Part shown: in pieces, positions 15,347-26,351 of the stretch
How the letters are laid out: the number at the start of each line of letters is the position of its first letter
How positions within the stretch are numbered: position 1 is the first letter of the stretch
NCBI GenBank assembly: GCA_965223545.1
Contig: OZ245006.1
Coordinates: forward strand, 928,001 to 992,000
Reading direction: 5' to 3'
Source: Planctomycetota bacterium
Lineage (GTDB): Bacteria; Planctomycetota; UBA1135; UBA2386
Length of the DNA stretch: 64,000 bases
Translations under genes and position numbers: made by a program
The notes under the pieces: model-generated
The model's input: the letters and a program-made list of their open reading frames with translations, nothing else
Told to the model about the DNA's origin: nothing
Database searches by the model: none

Positions 15347-15361
15347 AGCGGAGGACGAACA

Positions 15362-15586
15362 ATGACCGAACAGCTGACCCGACGCCCCACCCGGGAACGC
15401 GTGTACGACTTGCTGATGAATGCCCGTCAGGCAGACTGGGTCGAGCTCGAGCTCGACGACGGGCGGCGCGTGGCCGGAGCGATCATCTTCAACGAGTTCA
15501 AGGGCACCGGCCGCCTGATCAACGTCGAGAAGGAAATCTCCTTCGACTTCAACGTCGACCAGGTCATCGACGTCGACATCCAGTAG
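15362..15586 (+). CDS. Small 74-aa protein, possible Sm-like/Rof-like fold
   Basis: GGAGG RBS at about 15350; good codon bias; helix followed by VELELDDGRRVAGAI. Confidence 0.7.
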   Translation: MTEQLTRRPTRERVYDLLMNARQADWVELELDDGRRVAGAIIFNEFKGTGRLINVEKEISFDFNVDQVIDVDIQ

Positions 15587-15775
15587 GGATCCAATAGGGC
15601 GCCCGCGCACCCGCCGCCGGGCACGCCCGGGGGCCCCACAGCCCATGGCTGCCCATGGGCAGCCTGCCGGCACGCCGTCCGCTGCCGACGGCCATCGCGC
15701 GCGCCGCGCGCCACTGCCGATGCGCCCCACGTCTGCCGGTCGGTCCCGGCCGACGGCGCCGGGCGCGGCCACGGC

Positions 15776-15814
15776 AAAAAAGAACACCGCCGAAGCCCTT
15801 TGGCCTCGGCGGTG
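15776..15814 (-). terminator. Intrinsic terminator of a minus-strand transcript
   Basis: Minus strand reads CACCGCCGAGGCC-AAA-GGGCTTCGGCGGTG then TTCTTTTTT. Confidence 0.8.
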
Positions 15815-15831
15815 CTTGGAGGTTTCGGGCC

Positions 15832-16014
15832 GACGAACCGGGTCGAATCGCTGAGGAGCAGGGGGCCCGGGGCGCCGGCGGAGCGGAACAGAATCTCGCC
15901 CTTGTCATCCAAAGAACCGCCCGGAGCCGAAGCCCCCAGGAGCCGCCCCGGGCTGCCCACCCAGAGCGTCTCGAGTGCGGTCCCTCCCTTGTGAGCGCGA
16001 CCGCCCTACGCGTC
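15832..16014 (-). ncRNA. Candidate 6S-like (SsrS) rod-shaped RNA, about 183 nt
   Basis: 5' and 3' ends pair (GACG/CGUC, GGUCG/CGACC, CGCU/AGCG); inner stem CGCUCU/AGGGCG; apical C(UUCG)G near the midpoint; flanked by a promoter-like site and a terminator; no credible ORF. Confidence 0.5.
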
Positions 16015-16022
16015 AGATGGAG

Positions 16023-16051
16023 AATGTGCCAGAGCAGCCGCGGTGGCGCAA
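16023..16051 (-). promoter_or_regulatory. Candidate sigma70-type promoter for the ncRNA
   Basis: TTGCGC-N17-CACATT, placing a start site near 16015. Confidence 0.35.
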
Positions 16052-16174
16052 GAGAATGACTTGACGAAAACCACAATTTGTTGGGGCTCGCCGGTGGTGG
16101 TACACCCCCGCACAGCCCACGACGTCAAAAGTTGGTGCCACCGCGCCCGCCGCGACCGATCCCGGCGGTCGCGC

Positions 16175-17491
16175 TCACGACACGGGCAACCAGATGCGAA
16201 ACGTCGTCCCCTGCCCCACGACGCTCTCCACCTCGATGCTGCCTTGGTGTTGGTCGACGATGCCGTGCGCGATCGCCAAACCGAGGCCCGTGCCCCGGCC
16301 AACGTCTTTGGTCGTGAAGAACGGGTCGAAGATCTTCGAGCGAATGTCGGCGGGAATGCCGTGCCCGCGGTCGGCGACCGACAGCCGCGCCCCAGCGCGG
16401 TCGCTCTCGGTGCGCACGGTGACCGCGGCACCGGACGGCGAGGCGTCCACGGCGTTCAGCATCAGGTTGACCAGGACTTGCAGCAGGTGATTCGCCGAGC
16501 CGCGGACCCGCGGACTCGGTTCGGCCAGAGCGAGCTCGAGCGCGACGCCCGCGTTGCGGAACGGCACCGCGACCAAGTCAGCGCCTTCGCGCACGAGGCG
16601 GTTGAGATCGAGCGGTTCCAGCGCGAACGGGGTCTCCCGTGAGAACGTCAGCAGGCCGGCGGTAATCGTGCCGATCCGCTGCGCGTGCCGCTCCACGACG
16701 TCGAGCTCGCGCAGCAGGGCCGGCGCTTGCTCACCGTCCTCGATGCGGTAGCGCAGGATCTGCACCTTGTTCTGGATCACCCCCACGGGGTTGTTGATCT
16801 CGTGCGCAACCCCGGCGGCCAGAGTCCCCACCGAAGCCAGCTTCTCGCTCTGCGCCAGCTGAGAGTCGAGGCTCGCCAGCTGTTGCTCCCGGCGCACCAA
16901 CCGCGAGAGGACGCGACCGACGAAGTACACCCCCAGAACCTGCGCCGCACAGAACGCCGCCAACCACACCGCCAACGCGACCTGGGTGGCCTCCCGCAGT
17001 GACCACAGCCCCGGCAGCGGGTGGTGCGCCAGCCAACCCGAGCTCTCACCGAACGCCAGGACCGCCGCCAGCAACACCGAGGCGCCGACGACGACCAACG
17101 CCGCGCGCACCGACAGCAGCAGGGCGGCGATGAACGCGTGGAACGGGTAGAACAGCACGCACGGGTTGGTGACGCCGCCGCTGAAGTGCAGGATCGCGGT
17201 GAGGATCAGCAGATCGATGGCGATCTGCAAGTCGACGTGCCGGCGCACGGCGCTGGCTTCGACCTTGGCCAACCGGGGGAACCACCAGCCATAGAGGGCG
17301 TTGACGGCGACCGTCAGCGCGGCCAGCAGATACAGGGGAACCGGGTCGCGCACCGCCCCGAACCCGTGCGCCGCCACGCCCGTGAGGACCAGCATCACCA
17401 CGGCCGCGGCCAACCGCAGGCGGTTGAACCAGGCCACTTGATCCAAGAGCCGCTCCGTGCTCGGAGCGAAGATGCGCACCGCACCGGCCAT
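16175..17491 (-). CDS. Multi-TM sensor histidine kinase (NtrB-like, no adjacent regulator)
   Basis: [49 protein letters not shown]. Confidence 0.95.
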   Translation of the reverse strand: MAGAVRIFAPSTERLLDQVAWFNRLRLAAAVVMLVLTGVAAHGFGAVRDPVPLYLLAALTVAVNALYGWWFPRLAKVEASAVRRHVDLQIAIDLLILTAILHFSGGVTNPCVLFYPFHAFIAALLLSVRAALVVVGASVLLAAVLAFGESSGWLAHHPLPGLWSLREATQVALAVWLAAFCAAQVLGVYFVGRVLSRLVRREQQLASLDSQLAQSEKLASVGTLAAGVAHEINNPVGVIQNKVQILRYRIEDGEQAPALLRELDVVERHAQRIGTITAGLLTFSRETPFALEPLDLNRLVREGADLVAVPFRNAGVALELALAEPSPRVRGSANHLLQVLVNLMLNAVDASPSGAAVTVRTESDRAGARLSVADRGHGIPADIRSKIFDPFFTTKDVGRGTGLGLAIAHGIVDQHQGSIEVESVVGQGTTFRIWLPVS

Positions 17492-17492
17492 G

Positions 17493-18319
17493 TCAGTCGC
17501 GCGCGCGCGCGTCGTACTCGCGCCTGCCGTAGATCCACAAGCCGGCGAGCAGCACGACCAGGACGAACCGGAGCAGCGCCGTGGTCGGGGCGACCAGCGC
17601 GTCGAGGCCGTCGAACCGGTCCAGGCCGGCCGCCAACAGATCGTTGAGCTCGCTGCCGCGGTCGGGGTCGATGCGCTGCCACAACCATCTGCGCACCGGG
17701 CCGGCGACGGTCATGCTGCGCACACCGGCCTCGGGCGGCACGATCGATGCGATGAACTCCCAGCCGACGAAGAACACGCCCGCCGACACCAGCGGACGCC
17801 GCATCCAGGCCCCCAGCAGCCCGCCCATCACCGCGTAGGCGATGCAGGCCAAGAAGGCGCCCTGCACGAACGCGACCGCGGTGTCGGACCTCGGCTGGAG
17901 TCCCAGCCGCCACTCGGGCGCGGCGATGGCGACGCTGACGTAGATCGCGATGATCGCCGTCGCCGCCAACAGCCAAGCCACGGCGATCGCCGCCAGCAGC
18001 TTGCCGATCAGGAGCGCCGAGCGGCGCAGTGGCCGGGCGAACAGGAACGACGCGGTGCGGTCCTCGAGATCACCGTGCACCACCGTGACCCCCAGAAACA
18101 GGGCGCTCACCGGCAGCCCGAACATGAACACCATCAGGTAGGTGGCGATGCCGACGAACTCCTCGCCCCCGATCCCCTCACCCGCCGCTCGGCGCGCGAC
18201 GGCGCCGAGCAACGCGGCAGCGGCCAGGGCGGCGATGGCCAGCCAGCGCACGACGCGGCCACGCAACAGGAGCAGAAGGGTCTGGCGCGCGATCTCGGCA
18301 ACGTCGAAAGGCCAGCGCA

Positions 18320-18320
<1 letters not shown>
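17493..18320 (-). CDS. ABC-2 type transporter permease
   Basis: Multi-TM; DLEDRTASFLFARPLRRSALLIGK. Confidence 0.85.
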
Positions 18321-19227
<907 letters not shown>

Positions 19228-19228
<1 letters not shown>

Positions 19229-20109
19229 CACCCGACTCCACCGTGCTCGGTGAGCCGCCGCGAGGCGACCACGCCGGTGACACCGACCAGGACGACGATC
19301 GAAGCGAGCGCGTAACCGGGCGAGTAGTCGTTCACCGGCGTGGCGCCGCTGATCCACTCGGCGATCCGCTTCATCGCATCCCACGGGTTGATCGCCTTCA
19401 GCGCCCACTCGCCCTGAAAGACGCGCGACAGCACGCGGACCACCGCCGTGGTGCCCAGCAGCACGACGAACCAGAGCAGGGAGGCCCCGTTCGCGTTGTC
19501 GGCGATCGCGGAGAAGCCGACCGCGACGAACGTCAGCACGGCGGTGAACAGCGTCAGCGCGAGCAGGACGCGCGGCATGAACGCCGAGGTCTGCTGCCAG
19601 AACGAGCCGTCGGGTGCGAGGATCGCCCCGACACCCCACGTCACGGCCGGCGCCAAGACGAAGGCGAGACCGATCAGCAGAAACGACCCCAGCCACTTGG
19701 CGGCGAAGTAGCCGAGCGGCCGGACTCCACGCGTCCAGTAGATCTCCAGCGCCGCGGTCTCCCGGTCCTTGGCGATCGCCCGGCAGCTCACCAGGGTGGA
19801 GAGGATGAGAAACACCACGAACGAGGGCACCTCGCCGACGGTCGGGGTGATGTAGAAGTCCAACGTCGTCGGGTCGAAGCGCGCCATGCCAACCAGCCGG
19901 TCGCCGGCGCCGAGCTGCCACACCCCGGCCCAAGCCAGCAGGATGCCGAGGTTGGCCACCGCCGGGATCATGCAGAGCAAGAACAGCACCACACCGAGGC
20001 GACGCCGGAACAGCGCGCGCAGCTCGTAGCCGGCGATCGGCCACAGCCGGCGCCAACGCGGAGTCGGCGCGTACTCGAGCGCCCGGTAGCCAGTGCCGTA
20101 GATTGCCAT
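19228..20109 (-). CDS. ABC-2 type transporter permease
   Basis: Multi-TM; IAKDRETAALEIYWTR...YFAAK; start MAIYGTGY. Confidence 0.85.
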
Positions 20110-20134
20110 CACCGAGTCCTTGGGCCGTTCCGCC

Positions 20135-21076
20135 TCACGCGTCCTCGCCCGCTTCGGCCGCGCGCACCGTGTGCAAGAAGACGTCCTCGAGCGAGCGCCG
20201 CCGGCGCACCAGCCGGAGCACGGCGCCGCCACAGCCGCGCACCGCCGCGAACACCGCCGCGGTCCCCTTTTCGCCCGGGACCGAGAGCGACAAGCGCCCC
20301 GGCGCCGCCTCGGGCTCGCCACTCTCGACGGCCACACCGCGCCGCGACAGCTCGGCGACCAGCTGCCCGCTGCAGCCGGCAACATCGAGCTCGTAGGTCT
20401 CCACCGGAGCATGCGTCAGCTCGGCGAGCGGACCGGCCGCCAACACGCGGCCGCGATCCATGAGCACCACTTCCGCACAAACGGCCTCGACGTCCTGCAA
20501 GATGTGCGACGACAGCACGACCGACTTCGAGAGCTCGCGACTGAGTCTGCGAATCAAGGCCAGCATCTCGGTACGCCCCTTTGGGTCGAGGCCGTTGGTG
20601 GGCTCGTCGAGGAACAGCACGTCGGGGTCGTGCACCATCGCCGCGGCGAGCTTGACCTTCTGGCGCATCCCGGCCGAGTAGCCGGAGACCGGACGGTAGC
20701 GCTGCTCCTCGAGGCCGACCAAGTACAGCACTTCGTGCGCCCGGCGCGCGGCGTCGGCGCGCGGCACTCCGCTGAGCTCGCCGGCGAGCAGCACCGTTTC
20801 GTATCCGTTGAGGCCCTGCACGTAGCTGTCCTTCTCGGACATGTAGCCCACGCGGCGGCGGATCTCGTCGCCGCTGGCCCGCGGGTCGAGGTCGAACATC
20901 AAGAGCTCGCCGGAAGCCGGACGCACCAACCCCAGCAGCGCCTTCAGAATCGAGCTCTTGCCGGCGCCATTGCGGCCGAGCAGACCGACCGCGCCGCGCG
21001 GGAACTCGGCCGTCGCGTCGCGGACCGCGACGACGTCGCCGTAGCGGATCGTCACCGCTTCGAAGCGAATGCTCAT
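20135..21076 (-). CDS. ABC transporter ATP-binding protein
   Basis: GRNGAGKSS, YSAGMRQKVKLA, FLDEPTNGLDP; start MSIRFE at 21076. Confidence 0.92.
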   Translation of the reverse strand: MSIRFEAVTIRYGDVVAVRDATAEFPRGAVGLLGRNGAGKSSILKALLGLVRPASGELLMFDLDPRASGDEIRRRVGYMSEKDSYVQGLNGYETVLLAGELSGVPRADAARRAHEVLYLVGLEEQRYRPVSGYSAGMRQKVKLAAAMVHDPDVLFLDEPTNGLDPKGRTEMLALIRRLSRELSKSVVLSSHILQDVEAVCAEVVLMDRGRVLAAGPLAELTHAPVETYELDVAGCSGQLVAELSRRGVAVESGEPEAAPGRLSLSVPGEKGTAAVFAAVRGCGGAVLRLVRRRRSLEDVFLHTVRAAEAGEDA

Positions 21077-21768
21077 CGCGCCGCCCTCGACAGCACCGCG
21101 AGCCGGATCGCACAGCGCTTTCCGGCGTGGTTCGCGACCAACTCGGTCAGCTCGATGCGAAAGTCGGCAGCGGCGCGCGCCAGGAACCGGTCGCCGGTCT
21201 CGCGGCCCGGGTCGGCGAACACCGCGCGGCCGCCGGCGGCCAAGAGCTCGTGCAGCGAACGCAGCAGCGGCGCGTGCAAGCGGTCTTCGTAGGTGACGTC
21301 GGCGAGCGTGACCAGGTCGCAGGGTCCGACACTCCCCAGCGCCCCGAACGCCGCCCGACGCACGTCGAACGCGGCCACCGCGTTCTGGCGGGCGTTGAAG
21401 GCCGCGAAGCGCAGCGCGTCGGCATCGCGATCGACGAACGTGACGCGCGCGCCGCGGACCCCGGCCGCGACGCCCGCCAGGCCGAGCCCGCAACCCAGAT
21501 CGACCGCCGCCCGGCCGTCCAGGCACGGACCGCGCATGATCCAGCGCGCCAGCGCTACCGACGCCGGCCAGAGCTCTGCCCAGTAGGGCATCGCCTCGAG
21601 GCCGGCGGCAACCCGCGCCGGCCGCCCGCCGGACAGCAGCGCCTCGAGCGAGCGCGGCGACACCAACGACAGCGTTCCACCGGCCACCGGCAGACGATGG
21701 CGGCGTAGCGGGAAGCGTCGCAGCCAAGGGTCGCGCAGGGCGCTGGGAACGCTCACGCCCCCATTCAA
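21073..21768 (-). CDS. Class I SAM-dependent methyltransferase (METTL21/Methyltransf_16-like)
   Basis: MPYWAELWPAS, DLGCGLGLAG, ADVTYE, ADPGR; start uncertain. Confidence 0.85.
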   Translation of the reverse strand: MNGGVSVPSALRDPWLRRFPLRRHRLPVAGGTLSLVSPRSLEALLSGGRPARVAAGLEAMPYWAELWPASVALARWIMRGPCLDGRAAVDLGCGLGLAGVAAGVRGARVTFVDRDADALRFAAFNARQNAVAAFDVRRAAFGALGSVGPCDLVTLADVTYEDRLHAPLLRSLHELLAAGGRAVFADPGRETGDRFLARAAADFRIELTELVANHAGKRCAIRLAVLSRAAR

Positions 21769-21889
21769 GGTCCACTGCGAGCAGATGCAAGAGACCGGCC
21801 GGAACCCGCCGCCCGCGGCCGGTCTTCACAATCGCGCGACACGCAGACCCGCGCAATGCGGCACCGCCGCGCCGTATCATCCGCTGCCG

Positions 21890-23983
21890 GTGCGCCACCT
21901 GCTGCGATACCTTCCCGCCTGCCTCACCCTGCTGGGGCCCCTGGCCTTCTTGGCCTACCTCGGCAGCAGCGAGCTGAGCCGGCAGCAAGAGCGCGCCGAG
22001 ACCTTCCTCCGCGGCCTGGCTCTCGACGTCGTGTCGACGGCCGCGCAGGACTTCGACCAAGCGCTGCGCACCGAGTTGGAGAGCCTCTTCGACGAGGCGA
22101 GATCGGACGAACCGTCGCCAACCAACTGGCTCGCGGTCGGCCTGCAACGGCGGCAGGCGACCCCGGAGCTGGTGACGCTGATCCGGCTGGACGCCGCCGG
22201 CCGACCGCTGTTTCCCCGGCTGGGACCGACATCGACCGAGGCCCCGCCGTTCAGCAATCCACCGCGCGCCACGCGCAGCGCCGCCGCCTCGCTGTGGGTC
22301 GGGGACGCGGCCGCGGCCGAGACCACGCTGCGGGACGAGATCGAGCGCCGCCGCGAGAGCACACGTTCCGGCGACCTGCTGGCTCGCCTACAAGCGCAGC
22401 TCCAGCTCGCAGGCCTGCACGCGGCGGCCGGCGACGCGGCGCGCGCCGCGGCCGAGTATCGCACGGTGATCGCCGACGCGACGCCTCTGGAAGAGGCCGC
22501 GCAGCGCGTGTGGCGCGAACGCGGCCGCGGCCGCCGCCGGTTCACCACCGTGGAGAGCCCCACGGTCCAGCTCTTGGCCCGCGTCGGCCTGGCAGAGGTC
22601 ACCGACGACCACGCCGCCCGGACCGCGATCGCCACCGAGATCGGCGATGGGCAGCATTGGCTGGTCGCGGACGGCGCGCAGATCGCCATTCTGACGCGGA
22701 TCGCACGCACCACCGACGGCGCTGAGATCACCGCGGCGCAGCGGCGTTTCGAGCACTTGGTGGCGGCGCGATCCGCACTGCACGCGGCCACCGAGCGGGC
22801 GAGCCTGCTGCCCCGACAGCTCGACGGTGACCGCGTGTTGCGCGTGTTCGACACGCCGCTCACCACCTGCCTGCTGGCGCTGCAAGCGCAGACGGACGCG
22901 GAGGGCACCACGGTCGGCTGGCACGGCGCCATCCTCGACCTCACCGGCTTTCTCGATCGCGTGCTGGGCGACCAGCTCGAGAGCAGCCGAGCCGGCTTCC
23001 ACCTCGACGTCATCGATCCGGACGGCAACCGACTGTTGCGCCAATCGTTGCCACCGGACGCCGCCAGCTGGCCGACCGAGATCGCCACGCGCTCGGACAC
23101 CATCGCCAACCTGCAGTTCAGCGCGGTACCCCGCAACCCGAGCGAGCAGCTCGAGAACCGGCGCGCCTCTCAGCGCAACCTGGCCCTGCTGGTGCTCGCC
23201 CTGTGCTTGGTCGCCGGCGGCGCCGCCCTGTTCTTGGTGCGTTCGTCCAGCCGCGAAGCCGAGCTCGCAGCGATGAAGGTCGGCCTGGTCTCCCGCGTTT
23301 CGCACGAGCTCAAGACGCCGTTGTCGATGATCAAGATGTACGGCGAAACCCTCGCCTTGGGCCGCGCCAAGGACACCGAACAGAGCACGCGATTCGCGCG
23401 GATCATCTCCCGCGAGGCCGATCGACTGACCGCCCTCATCGATCGGGTCCTCGACTTCTCCAAGCACAGCGCCGGCTCGATCCACTACCGCGCCGAGCCA
23501 CTCGACCTCGCCATCGAGGTGCGCCGCGTGCTCGACGAGTACGAACCGCACATCGAGAGCGCCGGGGCAACCCTGCAGGCGGAGCTCGAGCCGAACACCA
23601 CGGTGCTCGCCGACCGCGCAGGACTCGCCAGCAGCTTGGTCAACTTGCTCGAGAATGCCATCAAGTACACCCCGGCCGACCGCACAGACCAACCGATCGA
23701 GGTGAGTGTGCACCGCCGCCGCAACCAAGTCGTGCTGGAGGTCTCCGACCGCGGAATCGGCGTGCCCGCGGCGGAGCGGGACAAGATCTTCGACAGCTTC
23801 TTCCGCGCCGGCAACGCCGGCGCGGCGCGCGGCGCCGGCCTCGGCCTCAGCTTGGTGCGCCACTTCGCCAGCGCCCACGGCGGCACGGCCGAAGCGGTGG
23901 AACGCGTCGGCGACGGCACCACCTTTCGCATCTCCCTCCCCGGCACCACTCTGTCCGCGACCCCCCATGGCCAACACGACTGA
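21890..23983 (+). CDS. Sensor histidine kinase with a large periplasmic domain
   Basis: Two TM helices; VSHELKTPL, NLLENAIKYT, DRGIG, GAGLGL; GTG start at 21890. Confidence 0.93.
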   Translation: MRHLLRYLPACLTLLGPLAFLAYLGSSELSRQQERAETFLRGLALDVVSTAAQDFDQALRTELESLFDEARSDEPSPTNWLAVGLQRRQATPELVTLIRLDAAGRPLFPRLGPTSTEAPPFSNPPRATRSAAASLWVGDAAAAETTLRDEIERRRESTRSGDLLARLQAQLQLAGLHAAAGDAARAAAEYRTVIADATPLEEAAQRVWRERGRGRRRFTTVESPTVQLLARVGLAEVTDDHAARTAIATEIGDGQHWLVADGAQIAILTRIARTTDGAEITAAQRRFEHLVAARSALHAATERASLLPRQLDGDRVLRVFDTPLTTCLLALQAQTDAEGTTVGWHGAILDLTGFLDRVLGDQLESSRAGFHLDVIDPDGNRLLRQSLPPDAASWPTEIATRSDTIANLQFSAVPRNPSEQLENRRASQRNLALLVLALCLVAGGAALFLVRSSSREAELAAMKVGLVSRVSHELKTPLSMIKMYGETLALGRAKDTEQSTRFARIISREADRLTALIDRVLDFSKHSAGSIHYRAEPLDLAIEVRRVLDEYEPHIESAGATLQAELEPNTTVLADRAGLASSLVNLLENAIKYTPADRTDQPIEVSVHRRRNQVVLEVSDRGIGVPAAERDKIFDSFFRAGNAGAARGAGLGLSLVRHFASAHGGTAEAVERVGDGTTFRISLPGTTLSATPHGQHD

Positions 23984-24674
23984 CCACATTCTGATCATCG
24001 AAGACGAGCCCGACCTGCGCGACGGACTGCGACACAACCTCGAGCTCGACGGCTACGAGGTCGCGGTCGCCGCGGATGGCGAGGCCGGCATCGAGGCCGC
24101 GCGGGCGGGTGACTTCTCGCTGATCGTCCTCGACCTGATGCTGCCCGGCATCGGCGGGTTCGACGTGCTGCGGACCCTGCGCGAGGAGGGCAACACGACT
24201 CCGGTCATCATTCTCTCCGCGCGCGGTCAGGACCACGACAAGGTCTCCGGCCTGGAGCTCGGCGCGGATGACTACGTCACCAAACCCTTCGGCTTGGCCG
24301 AGCTGGGCGCGCGCATTCGCGCCGTTCTGCGGCGCACTTCGAGCGACGTCGCGGTCAACGACCACTATCGATTCAGCGGCCTCGAGATCGACTTTCGGCG
24401 CTTCACCGTGAAGCGCGACGGCGTCGAACAGCAGCTCTCGCGCTACGAGGCCGAGATCCTCAAGATGCTGGTCGTTCACCGCGATCAGGTCGTCACCCGC
24501 AACGATCTGCTGCGCAAGGTTTGGGGCTACACGCACCTGCCGACGACCCGCACCGTGGACAACCACATCGCCAGGCTGCGCAAGAAGGTCGAGCGCACAC
24601 CGGACCAGCCGGCCTACGTGACGACGGTGCACGGCATCGGCTACCGCTTCGACAGCGGCGAGGTGGCGCAATGA
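23967..24674 (+). CDS. OmpR/PhoB-family response regulator
   Basis: ILIIEDE, LDLMLP, GADDYVTKPF, TRTVDNHIARLRKK, VHGIGYRF. Confidence 0.95.
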   Translation: MANTTDHILIIEDEPDLRDGLRHNLELDGYEVAVAADGEAGIEAARAGDFSLIVLDLMLPGIGGFDVLRTLREEGNTTPVIILSARGQDHDKVSGLELGADDYVTKPFGLAELGARIRAVLRRTSSDVAVNDHYRFSGLEIDFRRFTVKRDGVEQQLSRYEAEILKMLVVHRDQVVTRNDLLRKVWGYTHLPTTRTVDNHIARLRKKVERTPDQPAYVTTVHGIGYRFDSGEVAQ

Positions 24675-25603
24675 GCGTCCGGCGCCTCGAATCTTCGAGC
24701 TTCGACAGCATCTCCGAAACACCGTTGGATTCGCGGGCTCCGCTACTGTCGCGGTGCGCTGGGTCTTTGGTTGCGGCCGTGGCCGCGCTGAGCAAGACGC
24801 GCCAAGCGGCGGCGATCGCCGTCGTCATCGGCGGTGCGCTGTCGGCGGACGCGGGCGGTGATCGTGGGCCCGCGCCGCAGCCACAACCGTCCACTCCGAC
24901 CCCGACGGTGTGGGATGGTTGGCTGGCCGAAGTCCTCGACGCCGCGCCCGAGGTTGCGGAAACGGCCTACCGCGGTGCCGCCGAGAGCACCGACAACAAC
25001 TGGCAACGCGTCCACGCGATGCTGCGGCTGTCGGAGATCGCCCGCGTGCGCGGCGAAGAACAGGAGAGGGCGCGATGGCGGCAGAGCATGCTGGAGACCT
25101 TCGACACCGAAGCAGGCCGCACCGCGGCGCAGCGCGGCATCGAACGGTGGGACCGCCGCGCGGGCGACAACGCGGAGCTGCACTGGCTACCGCTGCTGCT
25201 GCCCCAACGGACCACCCCGCGCACCCCCGATGCCGACGCCGCTCTACGGCTTCCGCTCGACCAGCTCGAGACCATCGACCCGCTGATCCGGCGCCGTGCG
25301 CTGCGCATTCTCGGGCTTCGGCTCGCCGGCCAGAGTGAGCACCCCGAACGGCTCGAGCGCGACGTGTTGGCGCGGCTGCTGCGCGCCGGCCGGTACTCCG
25401 CGCTGCTCAGTCGCCGCGACGACGTGGACGAGGCCGATCTGCGTCAGATCGCGGCCCGCCTGCAGGCCGCGGCCGCGGCGGAGCAGTCGCTCAGCGGCGA
25501 GAGCACGGCGCTGCGCCAGGCATCGCGCCGCCTGCGCGAACGACTCGACCGCGGCGACCCCGACGCTGCGCGCGCCTGGCTGGCGGTCGTCCCGTATCGA
25601 TGA
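24671..25603 (+). CDS. Hypothetical exported protein; first 39 codons come from a repeat element
   Basis: ATGA overlap with the regulator stop; signal-like SKTRQAAAIAVVIGGALSA follows the repeat. Confidence 0.6.
   Translation: MSVRRLESSSFDSISETPLDSRAPLLSRCAGSLVAAVAALSKTRQAAAIAVVIGGALSADAGGDRGPAPQPQPSTPTPTVWDGWLAEVLDAAPEVAETAYRGAAESTDNNWQRVHAMLRLSEIARVRGEEQERARWRQSMLETFDTEAGRTAAQRGIERWDRRAGDNAELHWLPLLLPQRTTPRTPDADAALRLPLDQLETIDPLIRRRALRILGLRLAGQSEHPERLERDVLARLLRAGRYSALLSRRDDVDEADLRQIAARLQAAAAAEQSLSGESTALRQASRRLRERLDRGDPDAARAWLAVVPYR
24672..24793 (+). repeat. Stop-codon-anchored palindromic repeat, short 117-bp copy
   Basis: TGAGC at 24672 and again at 24789; 5' part matches the unit at 43417, 3' part matches the copy at 27483; ends TTTGGTTGCGGCCGTGGCCGCGCTGAG. 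Confidence 0.9.
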
Positions 25604-25668
25604 GCGCCATTCGCGGACGGCACCCTCGCGGAGGCACCGTCACGGACAGCGCCGTCGCGGACCTACCG

Positions 25669-26091
25669 TCAGCGGCTCTCGCCGCTCTCCGGGTCGGTGC
25701 CGCTCTTGCCCCAGTTCGGGTCGTCGAAGAACGTGCCGGTGTAGAAGTCGAGCGGCTCGATCTCGGGTCCGTTCGGGTGCAGCTCCGCCGCGCCGTAGAT
25801 CGGGAACAGCAGGAAGTCACCGGCGTGGACGAAGGTCCAGCAGAGGTGCTTGGCCAGCTGGTAGATGGTCGTGAAAGGCATCGCCAAGACTTGGGTCGCG
25901 GCGCTGCCACGCAGTCCCTCACGCACCTCGACCGAAGAGGCATAGCCGTCGGTGAAGCCGCCGTAGGGCACCACGATCGGGGACAACAGGACCATGCTCA
26001 GGTCCTTGCCGGCACGGCGGACCGTGCCGCAACTCGTCATGGACAGGGCGAGCAACAGGGCGGCGAAGACTGCGGTCTTGCGCGGGATCAC
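25669..26091 (-). CDS. Small lipoprotein of unknown function
   Basis: Lipobox ALLLALSMTS-C-GTVRR; strong codon bias; GTG start at 26091. Confidence 0.75.
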   Translation of the reverse strand: MIPRKTAVFAALLLALSMTSCGTVRRAGKDLSMVLLSPIVVPYGGFTDGYASSVEVREGLRGSAATQVLAMPFTTIYQLAKHLCWTFVHAGDFLLFPIYGAAELHPNGPEIEPLDFYTGTFFDDPNWGKSGTDPESGESR

Positions 26092-26351
26092 GAGCGGCTC
26101 CTTGCAGAGAGGGACTTGCGTCGCTTTTCGGGGCAAACGGGTCAGGCATCGAAGCGCCAGAGCGGCGTGCAGACAAGCGCGGGCCGCAAAGATTTCGCAG
26201 CTGGCGATCCGTCCGCCTGCCGCGCGCTCGGCAGAGATTCTCGGCCGCCGGCTGGACGCCCCGCGGAGGCGGCAATACCGTCAACAGCATGTCGCCCACC
26301 GGGGAGCTGGGGACGCATCAGACCGGCCTTAGAGCCCCACCGAGCACGTTC

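Noticed and set aside
15600..16170. tmRNA, RNase P RNA or CsrB-type RNA
   Set aside because: No tRNA-like ends or tag ORF, no RNase P consensus segments that I could find, and too few GGA hairpin loops; a single rod fits better.
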